Virus genome (UHGV): UHGV-0210343
From: a virus
Strand: one strand, 5' to 3'
Length of the DNA: 49,929 nt
Notes under the pieces: generated by a model
The model's database searches: none
Told to the model about the DNA's origin: nothing
What the model saw: only the letters and a program-made list of their open reading frames with translations
In this document: one piece after another, positions 1 through 8,430 of the stretch
Layout of the letters: every line of letters begins with the position of its first letter
Position numbering within the stretch: position 1 is the first letter of the stretch
Translations under genes and position numbers: made by a program

Positions 1-6
1 TTGAGT

Positions 7-681
7 ATGCCAGCAAAGATCACCATTGAAGAATTCATTTCTAGAGCCAAAGATGTTCACGGCAACAAGTATGACTACAATCTTGTAAAATTTAACAAAA
101 TTCATGACAAAATATCTATAACATGCCGATACCATGGTGAGTTTATGCAAAGGGCTTATAGTCACCTTGCTGGCTTTGGCTGTTCCATGTGCTCAGGAAA
201 GAAGAAAATGAACTCCACTGGATTTATCAGCAAGGCAATTTCTATCCATGGAGATAAATATGGTTACAAGAATGTTAAATATAAAAATAACCACACCCCT
301 GTGACAATAACATGCATGAAGCATGGTGATTTCAAGCAGACTCCATCCGCGCACACATCCGGACAAGGATGCCCATCTTGCGCAGCCAGGGGATTTGATA
401 GAAATAGAGTTTCTTTTGTGTATTTCTTAATGGGTGACGGCTCGATAAAAGTTGGCGTTACAAAGGATATAAAAAATAGGGTTAGGCACTTGAAGGTAGT
501 TACTCCATTTGATTTCGATCTCATACACAAAATAAAAACAGATGGAGTTAAGGCTCGTAAAATTGAAAAGTATTATCATAAGAAATATGAATCCAGTGGT
601 TTTAAAGGATTTAACGGTGCAACGGAGTGGCTTAAATACTCACCAGAACTTATGAATGAGATAATGAAAGAAGCCCCATAA
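7..681 (+). CDS. Free-standing homing endonuclease-like protein. The N-terminal half has two tandem Zn-ribbon-like repeats (HG.KY.Y..V......I.C..HG.F ... CxxC). The C-terminal half (FVYFLMGDGSIKVGVTKDIKNRVRHL) is a T5orf172/GIY-YIG-like domain. The ORF is open from position 1 and the ATG at 7 is the likely start.
   Basis: Repeat architecture and the T5orf172-like motif read directly from the translation; it lies on the opposite strand between tail genes. Confidence 0.5.
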   Translation: MPAKITIEEFISRAKDVHGNKYDYNLVKFNKIHDKISITCRYHGEFMQRAYSHLAGFGCSMCSGKKKMNSTGFISKAISIHGDKYGYKNVKYKNNHTPVTITCMKHGDFKQTPSAHTSGQGCPSCAARGFDRNRVSFVYFLMGDGSIKVGVTKDIKNRVRHLKVVTPFDFDLIHKIKTDGVKARKIEKYYHKKYESSGFKGFNGATEWLKYSPELMNEIMKEAP

Positions 682-691
682 GGGGCTTCTT

Positions 692-3625
692 TTACTCCGT
701 AGCTCTTCTGTTTGTGCTGTAATTCCTTGAAATTGCTTGCCCAACAGCTCCTCCATTGTCTATATCTGCGACGATTGTTTCAATTGTAACCGATCCATCT
801 CCATTGTCTCTCGCGCTGGTAGTTGCTGTTGCTCCACTTGAATTATTATAAACATTGTTATTTATAATCAAGCCACCACCAGAAGAGCCGCCGGTAAGGT
901 CTTTGTTACTGATAACCCTTCCTGAATCTCCGGGAATCATATACTGCTTACCCGTGCTTGCCTGGAATATTTCTGGAGCATTTCCCTCGCCGACCTGATA
1001 CATTGAGCCAGCCTGCGCAGGGCCACCATTCTTCAATGCTCCCGCAACAGACATTGCTTTAGCCACACCAACAGTGGAAGCAATGCCAGCCTGCGCGGGT
1101 ATTGCGTTGGCTCCGCCTGTGGCAAGTGAGGTCATTGCCGCAGCTGGGGCCATAGCCGCTGCGATTATCTGGGCCTGAGCAGCCGTCATCGTTGCTGCTG
1201 CGGTCATCCCAACCTGACCCATAATCACCGATTTAAGCCACTCCACACCCATCTGAACGAATGAGTTAATCACAGCGTTCAACACAGTGCTGCCGATTGA
1301 CTGTAGCGCCTCGCTAACAGACATTGAGCCAGTCAGAACACCAGTCAAGGCATTGCTTGCGGTTTGCCCAAAAGCATCAAATGCAGCAGCGGCCGCTTGC
1401 GTAGCCGCGTTCTGCTGACTCCACTCCTGCCACATGGCATTAAGGCGCTGCTGGCGGTATTGTTCCTCAATTGCTGCTCTGGCCTGCTCAACCTCCGCTA
1501 TCTTTTGCGGGTAAGCTACTGCGTAAGCATTGAGCGCTGCTAAATCCTTCTGATAATTTGTTTCAACGGCAAACATTGGGGATGTCTGCGATTTTAATGC
1601 AGCAAATCCCTTGACAGCTTCGACTCTTTTTTTCTCCTCCTCTGCCTGAGCCTTGAGCGCGTTGGCATTATCCCATGCCTTAGCCGCATATTGCCCGGCA
1701 AGGTTAATTTGCTCCTGAGTGGCGCCCTTGCCAAGGGATTGCTGAGCAGCCAGTATTGACTGTTCGCGGCTAAGATCTCTTGTACTTTCAGCGGTAAGCA
1801 GTGACTTCTGTCGAAGTTCCTCAAGTTTGTTGTTGATATTCTCCTGCTCTGTGGCTGCTTTTTTGGCAGCTGATTCCGCAGCACTTTGTGCGCTACGCTC
1901 ATCTTTCAGAGCCTGTGCGTTTTTCTCCTGCTGCTGATAGGTTTGCAGGCGAACATTGTAATAGTCACGGAATGCCTGAGTCCCGGCTTTTAGCCCCTGA
2001 TTCTCAGCATCACGCCATGCGAGCGCCTTCTGTTTCTCTACGCCAGTCTGTCTCTCAATGAAAAGCGTCTGCCTGGCCTGCTGCAACGCCTTATCCTGAG
2101 AGTCAGTTAAATCATCAGTCATTTGCTTCAGCACCCGAAGGCGCTCAGTTGCATCAGCGCTGCTGGTTGCAATATCAAGTAGTCTCCTTGCATACTCCCG
2201 CGCCGTTGCTGCGCCGCTGGATGTACCTTCCCCGACTCGTAGCAGAGTGGCAATCAGAGACTGCAATTTCTCATCAGATGGATTTTTTGCAATATCGGAA
2301 AGCTGTTTTGCGAATTCAAAAGCCTGCTGGTCTGAGAGCTGGAATTTACCAGCCAATGCGCCTACCGTGGCAATCATGCCATTCATTGACGTCTGACCGG
2401 CCTGACCTGCTGCTGACGCTTGTTTAATGGCTTCCGTCCAGCTATTCGTTGTGATATTAAGCTGCGACATATAGTCATTGAATAGCTTCACGCTCGCATA
2501 GCCACCACCAAGCGATGAAACAAGCGAATCGCCAAATCCGATAAAGTCACTTGATGCCTTCGTTACTTCCGCTGAGACTTTAGACAGAGCTGCCTTCAGC
2601 TCAAGCTGCGCCTGTTGGCGCATCAGGGTGGCAACTGCTGAGTTGACTTTTGCAAGCCGTGCGAATTTGTCGGTATAGACAGCGACACCAGAAGATGAAA
2701 CCGATACGACGCTATCCATGGTCGCTATGGCTTCTTTCAGGGCGTCAATGGCATTTTTACCGTTACCCAAAGATGCTATTAATGAACCAGCAATAACTGT
2801 GCTCACGGTCAATAGTGCGCCAGCTATGGCACCTCCAGCCCCAAAGACGCTGATTAGCTGAGAACCTTGCTGGCTTAGTGCCACCAGTGCTGATTGACCA
2901 CCCTGGACCTGTACGACAAAGTCCTGAATCTGATAGCCGCTTTGTTGTAAAGCGTTCTTAAAATTACCAGTTGATTTCCCGGCAACCTCGGTGCTGTTTT
3001 TCATGTCATACAGGCGACCAGTAAGCTCAGCTATTTTTGCTTTCTGTGCGTCAGTGGCGCTATCTCCTGCACGAAGCTGCGCAGCCAGTATGGCCGCACT
3101 TCTTGCGCCTTTTTCCGCTTGTTCGTCGAGGATTGCGATCTGGTTTCCAAGACTCTCAATCATCCTGTCAATTCCAGAGATTGAGCCACCTGTTTCAGTT
3201 GACTGAGCGCCAAGCGCGCGAATTGCCTGAGTGACCTGATTGACTGAGTTTTGAAGTGCAAGGCCGGTTGCGTTCGCGGATACCTGCGCCTGCTGCATCT
3301 GTGCGAGCTGTTGGTTTAGGGCTGCAATAACTTGCTCTGCACCGGTGACGCTGGAGGTTGTAGCTTCTACTGAGCTGGCGGCAGTCTTCGACGATGAAGC
3401 CATATCCTTCAGCGTTGCATCAATGGAGCTTACAATTTTTGCCAGGGCTGAAAGCTCTTTGCCAGATGATGATGCCGCACCATCCAGCTTATCCATGCTT
3501 TTTGATGAGTTTTGTGCTGACTTGTCAATGCTGTCAAGTGCATCCTCTGCCTGTTTAGCGCCAGCAGTGAGGCCCGAGACCTCCATGCCAACCTCATAGA
3601 CAATGCCGCCAACTTCTTCTGCCAT
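692..3625 (-). CDS. Tail tape measure protein (977 aa)
   Basis: Very long Ala/Gln/Ser-rich coiled-coil protein with a hydrophobic Gly/Ala-rich C-terminal segment; it sits directly downstream of the chaperone gene with a TAATG stop/start overlap. Confidence 0.85.
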   Translation of the reverse strand: MAEEVGGIVYEVGMEVSGLTAGAKQAEDALDSIDKSAQNSSKSMDKLDGAASSSGKELSALAKIVSSIDATLKDMASSSKTAASSVEATTSSVTGAEQVIAALNQQLAQMQQAQVSANATGLALQNSVNQVTQAIRALGAQSTETGGSISGIDRMIESLGNQIAILDEQAEKGARSAAILAAQLRAGDSATDAQKAKIAELTGRLYDMKNSTEVAGKSTGNFKNALQQSGYQIQDFVVQVQGGQSALVALSQQGSQLISVFGAGGAIAGALLTVSTVIAGSLIASLGNGKNAIDALKEAIATMDSVVSVSSSGVAVYTDKFARLAKVNSAVATLMRQQAQLELKAALSKVSAEVTKASSDFIGFGDSLVSSLGGGYASVKLFNDYMSQLNITTNSWTEAIKQASAAGQAGQTSMNGMIATVGALAGKFQLSDQQAFEFAKQLSDIAKNPSDEKLQSLIATLLRVGEGTSSGAATAREYARRLLDIATSSADATERLRVLKQMTDDLTDSQDKALQQARQTLFIERQTGVEKQKALAWRDAENQGLKAGTQAFRDYYNVRLQTYQQQEKNAQALKDERSAQSAAESAAKKAATEQENINNKLEELRQKSLLTAESTRDLSREQSILAAQQSLGKGATQEQINLAGQYAAKAWDNANALKAQAEEEKKRVEAVKGFAALKSQTSPMFAVETNYQKDLAALNAYAVAYPQKIAEVEQARAAIEEQYRQQRLNAMWQEWSQQNAATQAAAAAFDAFGQTASNALTGVLTGSMSVSEALQSIGSTVLNAVINSFVQMGVEWLKSVIMGQVGMTAAATMTAAQAQIIAAAMAPAAAMTSLATGGANAIPAQAGIASTVGVAKAMSVAGALKNGGPAQAGSMYQVGEGNAPEIFQASTGKQYMIPGDSGRVISNKDLTGGSSGGGLIINNNVYNNSSGATATTSARDNGDGSVTIETIVADIDNGGAVGQAISRNYSTNRRATE

Positions 3626-4332
3626 TATTTTGCTCCTTTGCTTTTAGCGGCCTTTCTGGCGGCTTTCTCTTTCAGTTTCTGTTTATTCAGCTTGGCCCGT
3701 TCATAAGACGCATCATACTGCTCGCGCGTCATGCCTTCCGGTTCCGGGTATTTTGATTTTATCATTTGCTGATACTCGGTCATGGTCAGGTCTTCCGCTT
3801 CCTCGCGGGTGATGCCAAAGTGAGTGCGAGCTGAAATGATGTAATCCGACATTCTCAATTCACTGGTTGTGCGCTTTTGGTTTTCCGAGCGCTGAGGAAC
3901 CTTGAGCGGAGACTTGCCGATGATGCCATGCTCCATCAGGTTTCGAGCAATAATAATAATGTCATTTACTGGCATTCTTCCGGTGACGTACTTCACACCG
4001 CGCGGAGTTGGCTTCCATGACCCAATGAGCACCGAAATATCATCATCGCAACAGGACTGCATGATGAGACAGGCGGCGCTGAGCACTTTCTTACCATAGG
4101 CAGGGCGCGACAGGATTTTTGCCACCTGAATCTGCGCGCCATACGGCATTGACTGAATGGCGCCGAGTATGGCCGCGTATTCATAGCCATTAAGCGTAGC
4201 GTACAGCTCGACAATCTCTTTTGGTGAGCCAAGTTCATTCATCGCCGCAAATGAAGGCTTGAAGAAAAAAGACTTATCAGCCAGGGAGATGCGCATCTCT
4301 CCGATTTCTGTTAGCGGTGTGCGTTGTCTCAT
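3625..4332 (-). CDS. Tail assembly chaperone (gpG/GT-like position), 235 aa
   Basis: Placed immediately upstream of the tape measure gene with a basic, Lys-rich C-terminus; its own extended -10 promoter (TGGTATAAT) lies just upstream. Confidence 0.5.
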   Translation of the reverse strand: MRQRTPLTEIGEMRISLADKSFFFKPSFAAMNELGSPKEIVELYATLNGYEYAAILGAIQSMPYGAQIQVAKILSRPAYGKKVLSAACLIMQSCCDDDISVLIGSWKPTPRGVKYVTGRMPVNDIIIIARNLMEHGIIGKSPLKVPQRSENQKRTTSELRMSDYIISARTHFGITREEAEDLTMTEYQQMIKSKYPEPEGMTREQYDASYERAKLNKQKLKEKAARKAAKSKGAK

Positions 4333-4360
4333 GTCTAAATCCTGTTTTCATAATGATGTA

Positions 4361-4369
4361 ATTATACCA
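4361..4369 (-). promoter_or_regulatory. Extended -10 promoter (TGGTATAAT on minus strand) for the chaperone/tape-measure/tail-tip operon
   Basis: Perfect TGnTATAAT about 30 nt upstream of the 4332 start; back-to-back with a plus-strand promoter. Confidence 0.5.
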
Positions 4370-4415
4370 TTGACAGGGGGCGCAAGACTGACGTAGATTG
4401 AAAGCATAAGATGAT
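4370..4415 (+). promoter_or_regulatory. Plus-strand promoter(s): TTGACA-N18-TAGATT overlapping cTGACGTAGATTGA-N16-GATGAT
   Basis: Member of the recurring TGACGTAGATTGA promoter family; precedes the plus-strand Dam cassette. Confidence 0.45.
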
Positions 4416-4429
4416 TGAGGGTTTGACAT

Positions 4430-4564
4430 ATGAACGAGACTGATGCTGATTTGAGATTTTACATCGACCTTTACATCGATCAGGGCTACACCTATGAAGA
4501 GGCCCGCGTAAAGGCGATTTTGTTGCTGGCTAAGATTGGCGTAGTGGTGGAGGATAAGAGATGA
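4430..4564 (+). CDS. Small hypothetical protein (44 aa); ATGA overlap with the next gene
   Basis: First ORF after the promoter, translationally coupled to 4561..4953; there is no strong SD. Confidence 0.3.
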   Translation: MNETDADLRFYIDLYIDQGYTYEEARVKAILLLAKIGVVVEDKR

Positions 4565-4953
4565 GCACTGATTATAGCAAGATGAGTGATTTTGAAATAG
4601 ATAAGGCCGTCGCAGATGCGTTGGGTATTGATTACGATATCGCAATAATGTTGGTTAATCCGGTAGATAAAATCAACGGCAATCACGTTGAAGAGTACGT
4701 CAGGAAGAAAATAACCAGTAATGAAAAGCACTGGAAGCGCTTCTCGCCAACAAGAATACCTAACGATGCATGGCCGGTTATTGATGAGAACAATATTACC
4801 ATCATCAATGACAACTCCTCCCTTCGATTTGCAGTAAGCGAAGTTGTGGCCTATTTCAATGGCTCAAATAACATTTGGAGTGCTTATGAAAATGGGCTCA
4901 GGGCGGCAATGATTACATTCCTGAAAATGCAGGAGTCCAAAAATGCCAGTTAA
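4561..4953 (+). CDS. Hypothetical phage protein (130 aa) whose N-terminus (MSDFEIDKAVADALG) is reminiscent of the DUF2591 family
   Basis: Motif recalled from memory only; needs an HMM check. Confidence 0.35.
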   Translation: MSTDYSKMSDFEIDKAVADALGIDYDIAIMLVNPVDKINGNHVEEYVRKKITSNEKHWKRFSPTRIPNDAWPVIDENNITIINDNSSLRFAVSEVVAYFNGSNNIWSAYENGLRAAMITFLKMQESKNAS

Positions 4954-5095
4954 CAAAGACGATGAAGATGTGATATCTGCATATGCAGGCCAGCGCATAG
5001 ATATAAACTACGCGATAGCAATTCACCTCAGACGATCTGAGTTTATTGCTAATCTGATTTTGTGGGGCATCAAGAACAAGACGAGGAAGGCGTGA
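4943..5095 (+). CDS. Small hypothetical protein (50 aa); its stop overlaps the Dam start (TGATG)
   Basis: ORF with an ATG inside the previous gene's 3' end; tight coupling typical of phage operons. Confidence 0.3.
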   Translation: MPVNKDDEDVISAYAGQRIDINYAIAIHLRRSEFIANLILWGIKNKTRKA

Positions 5096-5796
5096 TGAAG
5101 TACATGGGAAGCAAGGCGAGATTAAAAAAATACATAATCCCATTAATGGATATTAAAGACAGGGTTTATTATGAGCCTTTTGCTGGAGGTATGAACATGA
5201 TAGACGGAGTGCATTGCGCCAGAGCAAGGTTTGCAAACGATAGTAATAAATATGTGATAGCAGCCTTTAAGATGCTCTGTTCTGGATGGCAGCCTGAGTT
5301 TATAACAAAAGACCAATATCATGAGCTTAAAAAAATGAATGGAGAGGACCATCTCATAGGATGGGCAGGAGTCGCCTGTTCTTACAGTGGCAAATGGTTC
5401 GGTGGGTATGCAGGTATCGTTGAAACCAGATCAGGAAGAAGAGATTACCAGGCTGAGGCAATAAAAAACGCAATCAAGCAGGTAAAAAATTTAAAAGGTG
5501 TTTTATTCTCAAGCCTTGACTATACAGAAATGTCAATAGAGTCAGGTTCTGTTGTTTATTGCGACCCTCCATACAAAGGAACAACTGGTTATAAGGATGG
5601 CTTTAATAGTGATGATTTTTTTGACTGGTGTCGGAGCATGGCAAAAGATAAGAGATGTGATGTTTATGTTAGTGAATATTCTGCGCCAGATGACTTTGAA
5701 TGTATTGCTGAATTTAACTTAAATAGCAGCCTTAGCGCCAATGGAAGATATGGCGGATCAAAGTCATCAATAGAGAAATTATTTAAAGTGAAATAA
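5095..5796 (+). CDS. dam: DNA N6-adenine methyltransferase (Dam family)
   Basis: N-terminal KYMGSKARL...YYEPFAGG (AdoMet motif I) and DPPY motif IV (VYCDPPYKGTTGY); SD GAGGAAGG upstream of the ATG at 5095. Confidence 0.85.
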   Translation: MKYMGSKARLKKYIIPLMDIKDRVYYEPFAGGMNMIDGVHCARARFANDSNKYVIAAFKMLCSGWQPEFITKDQYHELKKMNGEDHLIGWAGVACSYSGKWFGGYAGIVETRSGRRDYQAEAIKNAIKQVKNLKGVLFSSLDYTEMSIESGSVVYCDPPYKGTTGYKDGFNSDDFFDWCRSMAKDKRCDVYVSEYSAPDDFECIAEFNLNSSLSANGRYGGSKSSIEKLFKVK

Positions 5797-5822
5797 ACCC
5801 CCTTTCGGGGGTTTTGTTTTAT
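5797..5822. terminator. Bidirectional rho-independent terminator (ACCCCCtttcGGGGGT with T-tracts on both strands)
   Basis: Perfect GC hairpin flanked by TTTGTTTT on plus and TTTATTTC on minus; it separates the Dam cassette from the convergent major tail gene. Confidence 0.75.
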
Positions 5823-6574
5823 GCCGTAACGGTAACAACACACTTGGTGGAGTCAACGTAATCAGGACTGGTTGCCGAGTCAGTCACGCGGCAGAAGTAC
5901 GTACCAGCATCACCTGCGGCAGCAGTGGCCTTGGTGAACGTGTCGGTAGTAGAACCGCTGATCGGCGAAGTGCCTTTATACCATTGGTAGGTATAAGGCT
6001 CGACACCGCCAGAAGCCGCAACGGGGCCAAGCGTCAGAGTGGCGCCAGTAGCAACGCTTTTGGTTGCGCTGATATCAGTAGTCAGCGTCAAATCTTCGAT
6101 GCTGGACACGTCAACAGTAGAGCCATCATAAGGCTTGAATTCAACTGAGCCGGTAATGATGTCGTTGGTGCCGCCATCATAGCTCAGCGCGGTGATGTTG
6201 CAGTAAGCAACGACAACGGTATTACCGGTGGTCTGGCGAACCCACAGCGACGGCTGGCGACGAGCTTTTACTTCGGTGACAAAGTATTTGATGAGGTTAT
6301 GTACGCCATACTCATCAGCCTTGTCGGCCTTGCGAACTTCGAAATCACCAGAAATGGTGAGGTCTGCGGTAGTGACCAGCGTCGCAACAAAGCCATCGCC
6401 ATCATCAGCCTCAGAGGTGGTGGTGCTCGGGCTGAAGTCGACGCCTTTTGAGGTCATGGGAGCAAAAAACTTCCAGTCTTCCTCTGCTGGCACAGCATCC
6501 CAGCAGCCATCAGCCAGCTCAATGAGCGACTGGCGACCTGTGATGATGCCGTTATCATTTGCACAAATAGCCAT
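5819..6574 (-). CDS. Major tail (tube) protein with a C-terminal Ig-like domain
   Basis: C-terminal YQWYKG...GTYFCRVTD is a classic Ig-like (Big_2-type) fold as in lambda gpV; position is between the neck genes and the chaperone/tape measure. Confidence 0.65.
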   Translation of the reverse strand: MAICANDNGIITGRQSLIELADGCWDAVPAEEDWKFFAPMTSKGVDFSPSTTTSEADDGDGFVATLVTTADLTISGDFEVRKADKADEYGVHNLIKYFVTEVKARRQPSLWVRQTTGNTVVVAYCNITALSYDGGTNDIITGSVEFKPYDGSTVDVSSIEDLTLTTDISATKSVATGATLTLGPVAASGGVEPYTYQWYKGTSPISGSTTDTFTKATAAAGDAGTYFCRVTDSATSPDYVDSTKCVVTVTA

Positions 6575-6619
6575 GTTTAGAATCCTCTGTGTTTAGCTAA
6601 ACAATCGCATTATATCATG

Positions 6620-6648
6620 TTGACAGGTTCTGATTGGTGGTGTAGATT
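6620..6648 (+). promoter_or_regulatory. Sigma70-like promoter TTGACA-N17-TAGATT directed at the tRNA cluster
   Basis: Consensus -35, 17-bp spacer and the TAGATT -10 shared with other plus-strand promoters in this genome. Confidence 0.5.
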
Positions 6649-7201
6649 TAACTTGCTGGTCTCAGAATGCAGGAAGATTGACAGGTTGCATTCGGATTGA
6701 CTGTTAATTTGAGGCGCCAGCAGCTATCAGGCAAGAGCATTAGGCAGACGGCAATCTTTGTTTTCAGACTAGCGAACTGTGAAATGCCGACATAGAATTG
6801 TGACGACGCTCGTCAGTGCTCTTTCCGATAGTTTTCGGTGCGACTTTGCGGGTTTTTAGAAACTGACCACAAAGATAAATGCAAACGAAGAAATGTATCT
6901 GGCAGTAGCCTAACGGCCAAACACCAGCAAGGTCTTCCGACTCCTTGTAAATGAATTCGGCGCATTGCGGCCCTGAGATGTGATTAATAAATCAGGGCAC
7001 ACAACAGGTAAGAGCATGTCAGGTACCATGCTGACTTATAGCAGGCGTCTAAGATGTGCTCTTTCCGTTGTGGTGAATGCGTAGGCTGATACGTTAGAGA
7101 CGGCACCCCTTGATGAGGACAGCGCTATCTCTGGAGAATAGTCTTGGGTACGTGTAATGCCAGAGAAAGCCGGAGATCAGCACCGGCCACCACAACACCC
7201 C

Positions 7202-7289
7202 GGATAGTTGGCTGAGAGGCCGAAAGCAGTCGGTTGCTAACCGATAAACCGGAAACGGTTCACAGGTTCGAATCCTGTACTATCCGCCA
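7202..7289 (+). tRNA. tRNA-Ser (anticodon GCU), type II with long variable arm
   Basis: Hand-folded: 7-bp acceptor GGATAGT/ACTATCC, anticodon loop TTGCTAA, variable hairpin AACCG-GAAA-CGGTT, T-arm ACAGG-TTCGAAT-CCTGT, encoded CCA. Confidence 0.8.
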
Positions 7290-7295
7290 CATTCA

Positions 7296-7372
7296 GCACC
7301 ATTAGCTCATCAGGATAGAGAAATTGCCTTCTAAGCAATCGGTAACTGGTTCGAATCCAGTATGGTGCACCA
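7296..7372 (+). tRNA. tRNA-Arg (anticodon UCU)
   Basis: Acceptor GCACCAT/ATGGTGC, anticodon loop CTTCTAA, T-arm ACTGG-TTCGAAT-CCAGT, encoded CCA. Confidence 0.8.
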
Positions 7373-7375
7373 AAT

Positions 7376-7452
7376 TCCCGTTTAGCTTAACTGGTTAAAG
7401 CACCCGACTCATAATCGGATGATTACAGGTTCGAATCCTGTCGCGGGAACCA
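7376..7452 (+). tRNA. tRNA with CAU anticodon (elongator Met, or Ile2 if lysidine-modified)
   Basis: Acceptor TCCCGTT/CGCGGGA (one mismatch at 7-66), anticodon loop CTCATAA, T-arm ACAGG-TTCGAAT-CCTGT, encoded CCA. Confidence 0.75.
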
Positions 7453-7480
7453 CAACTACAAACTAAATGTAGAGGGTAAT

Positions 7481-7612
7481 ATGCCATTATTTCCACCAAG
7501 CTCTGATTGGTATAAAAAGCAACGGCTTATGAAGTCAATTAGCCATATAGCAAACCCGCATAAAAGAAAGTCCATGCTAAACACAAAATCACTGTGGATG
7601 AAGGTTAAATAG
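7481..7612 (+). CDS. Small basic protein (43 aa) co-transcribed downstream of the tRNAs
   Basis: SD AGAGGG 6 nt upstream of the ATG; ORF ends just before the terminator hairpin. Confidence 0.3.
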   Translation: MPLFPPSSDWYKKQRLMKSISHIANPHKRKSMLNTKSLWMKVK

Positions 7613-7640
7613 GCCGGTCAGCGGCCTTTTTTATTCACCA
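7613..7640 (+). terminator. Rho-independent terminator (GGCCGgtcaGCGGCC + TTTTTTATT) ending the tRNA transcript
   Basis: GC hairpin followed by a T-run on the plus strand. Confidence 0.65.
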
Positions 7641-8014
7641 AAAACAACCCTCAGCAACAATTCATAAACAGGCCGTTGCTCTGTCGTAAGCGTCGGGCGA
7701 CCAAGCGGCGCCTGTAGCTCAATCATGCCAATACAACTATCAACTGGATGCTCTTTGATATATGAGATGACATCAAGCGCTTTTGCTTTGGTTTCCTCAA
7801 TGTTGTACTGCCCTTGCTGGCCGACGATGTACAGCGAGAAATAGAAGTCATTGGCAAGCGATTTGCTGACGGCGGTTCCACCATTTGACTGAAGTACCAT
7901 AAAGCGCTCAGTGCCAACGCCGGTATCATTCCAGAACTCAAGCTGAGATGTCCAGCCGGTATAAAGTCCAGCATCCTCAAGATACTGGTCAACAAGCTCA
8001 AGCATGTCTCTCAT
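7631..8014 (-). CDS. Neck / tail-completion protein (127 aa), putative
   Basis: Position between the capsid module and the major tail protein; small structural-gene string with overlapping stops and starts. Confidence 0.4.
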   Translation of the reverse strand: MRDMLELVDQYLEDAGLYTGWTSQLEFWNDTGVGTERFMVLQSNGGTAVSKSLANDFYFSLYIVGQQGQYNIEETKAKALDVISYIKEHPVDSCIGMIELQAPLGRPTLTTEQRPVYELLLRVVFGE

Positions 8015-8427
8015 TTCAATGTCATCTCTTTTTTGATTATCTGGTCGACCAGTTCGCGCGTATTCTCTCCGGCTTTAAGCAGGAATTTAGGCTCGCCGCC
8101 AGTATCCCATACGTTTCCTTTGCCTTTGAGCCTGCCGGTACGAGGTGTGTTTGTGCCAAGCAGTTTACCAGGCGCGTTGTGGACGTACAGGGCGTAATTT
8201 GCAGAATAGCCAATCTTGCCGGTTATTCTGGTGCCGTTCACTTCTACAGTGTCATACTGGCTGTTTAGCAGCACGGACGTTGCCACAGGCGTCATGGCTG
8301 CCGACTCGGTCCTTATGATGTAGTTCGCGCTCTTGATGGCTGCCACGGCCTTCTCGCCAGTTATCTCGCCAACAATCTGCTGCGTGCGCTTAATGGCCTC
8401 CTGTATGCCTCGCATTTTGGCTGCCAT
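8011..8427 (-). CDS. Head-tail joining protein (138 aa), putative
   Basis: Synteny only. Confidence 0.4.
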   Translation of the reverse strand: MAAKMRGIQEAIKRTQQIVGEITGEKAVAAIKSANYIIRTESAAMTPVATSVLLNSQYDTVEVNGTRITGKIGYSANYALYVHNAPGKLLGTNTPRTGRLKGKGNVWDTGGEPKFLLKAGENTRELVDQIIKKEMTLK

Positions 8428-8430
8428 GCA

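Noticed and set aside
1594-3612. Several 60-100-aa ORFs on both strands inside the tape measure gene (1594-1902, 2149-2427, 2991-3234, 3345-3612)
   Set aside because: They are fully nested in a long, compositionally biased coding region. Low-complexity Ala/Gln-rich genes generate spurious ORFs in other frames. None has an SD.
6228-6596. 122-aa plus-strand ORF overlapping the major tail gene
   Set aside because: It is antisense to the Ig-domain tail protein. No SD.
7180-7202. Possible fourth tRNA immediately upstream of tRNA-Ser
   Set aside because: I could not fold a cloverleaf with a T-loop motif from the sequence at 7100-7200. It may be a processed leader or sRNA instead. Left as part of the leader finding.
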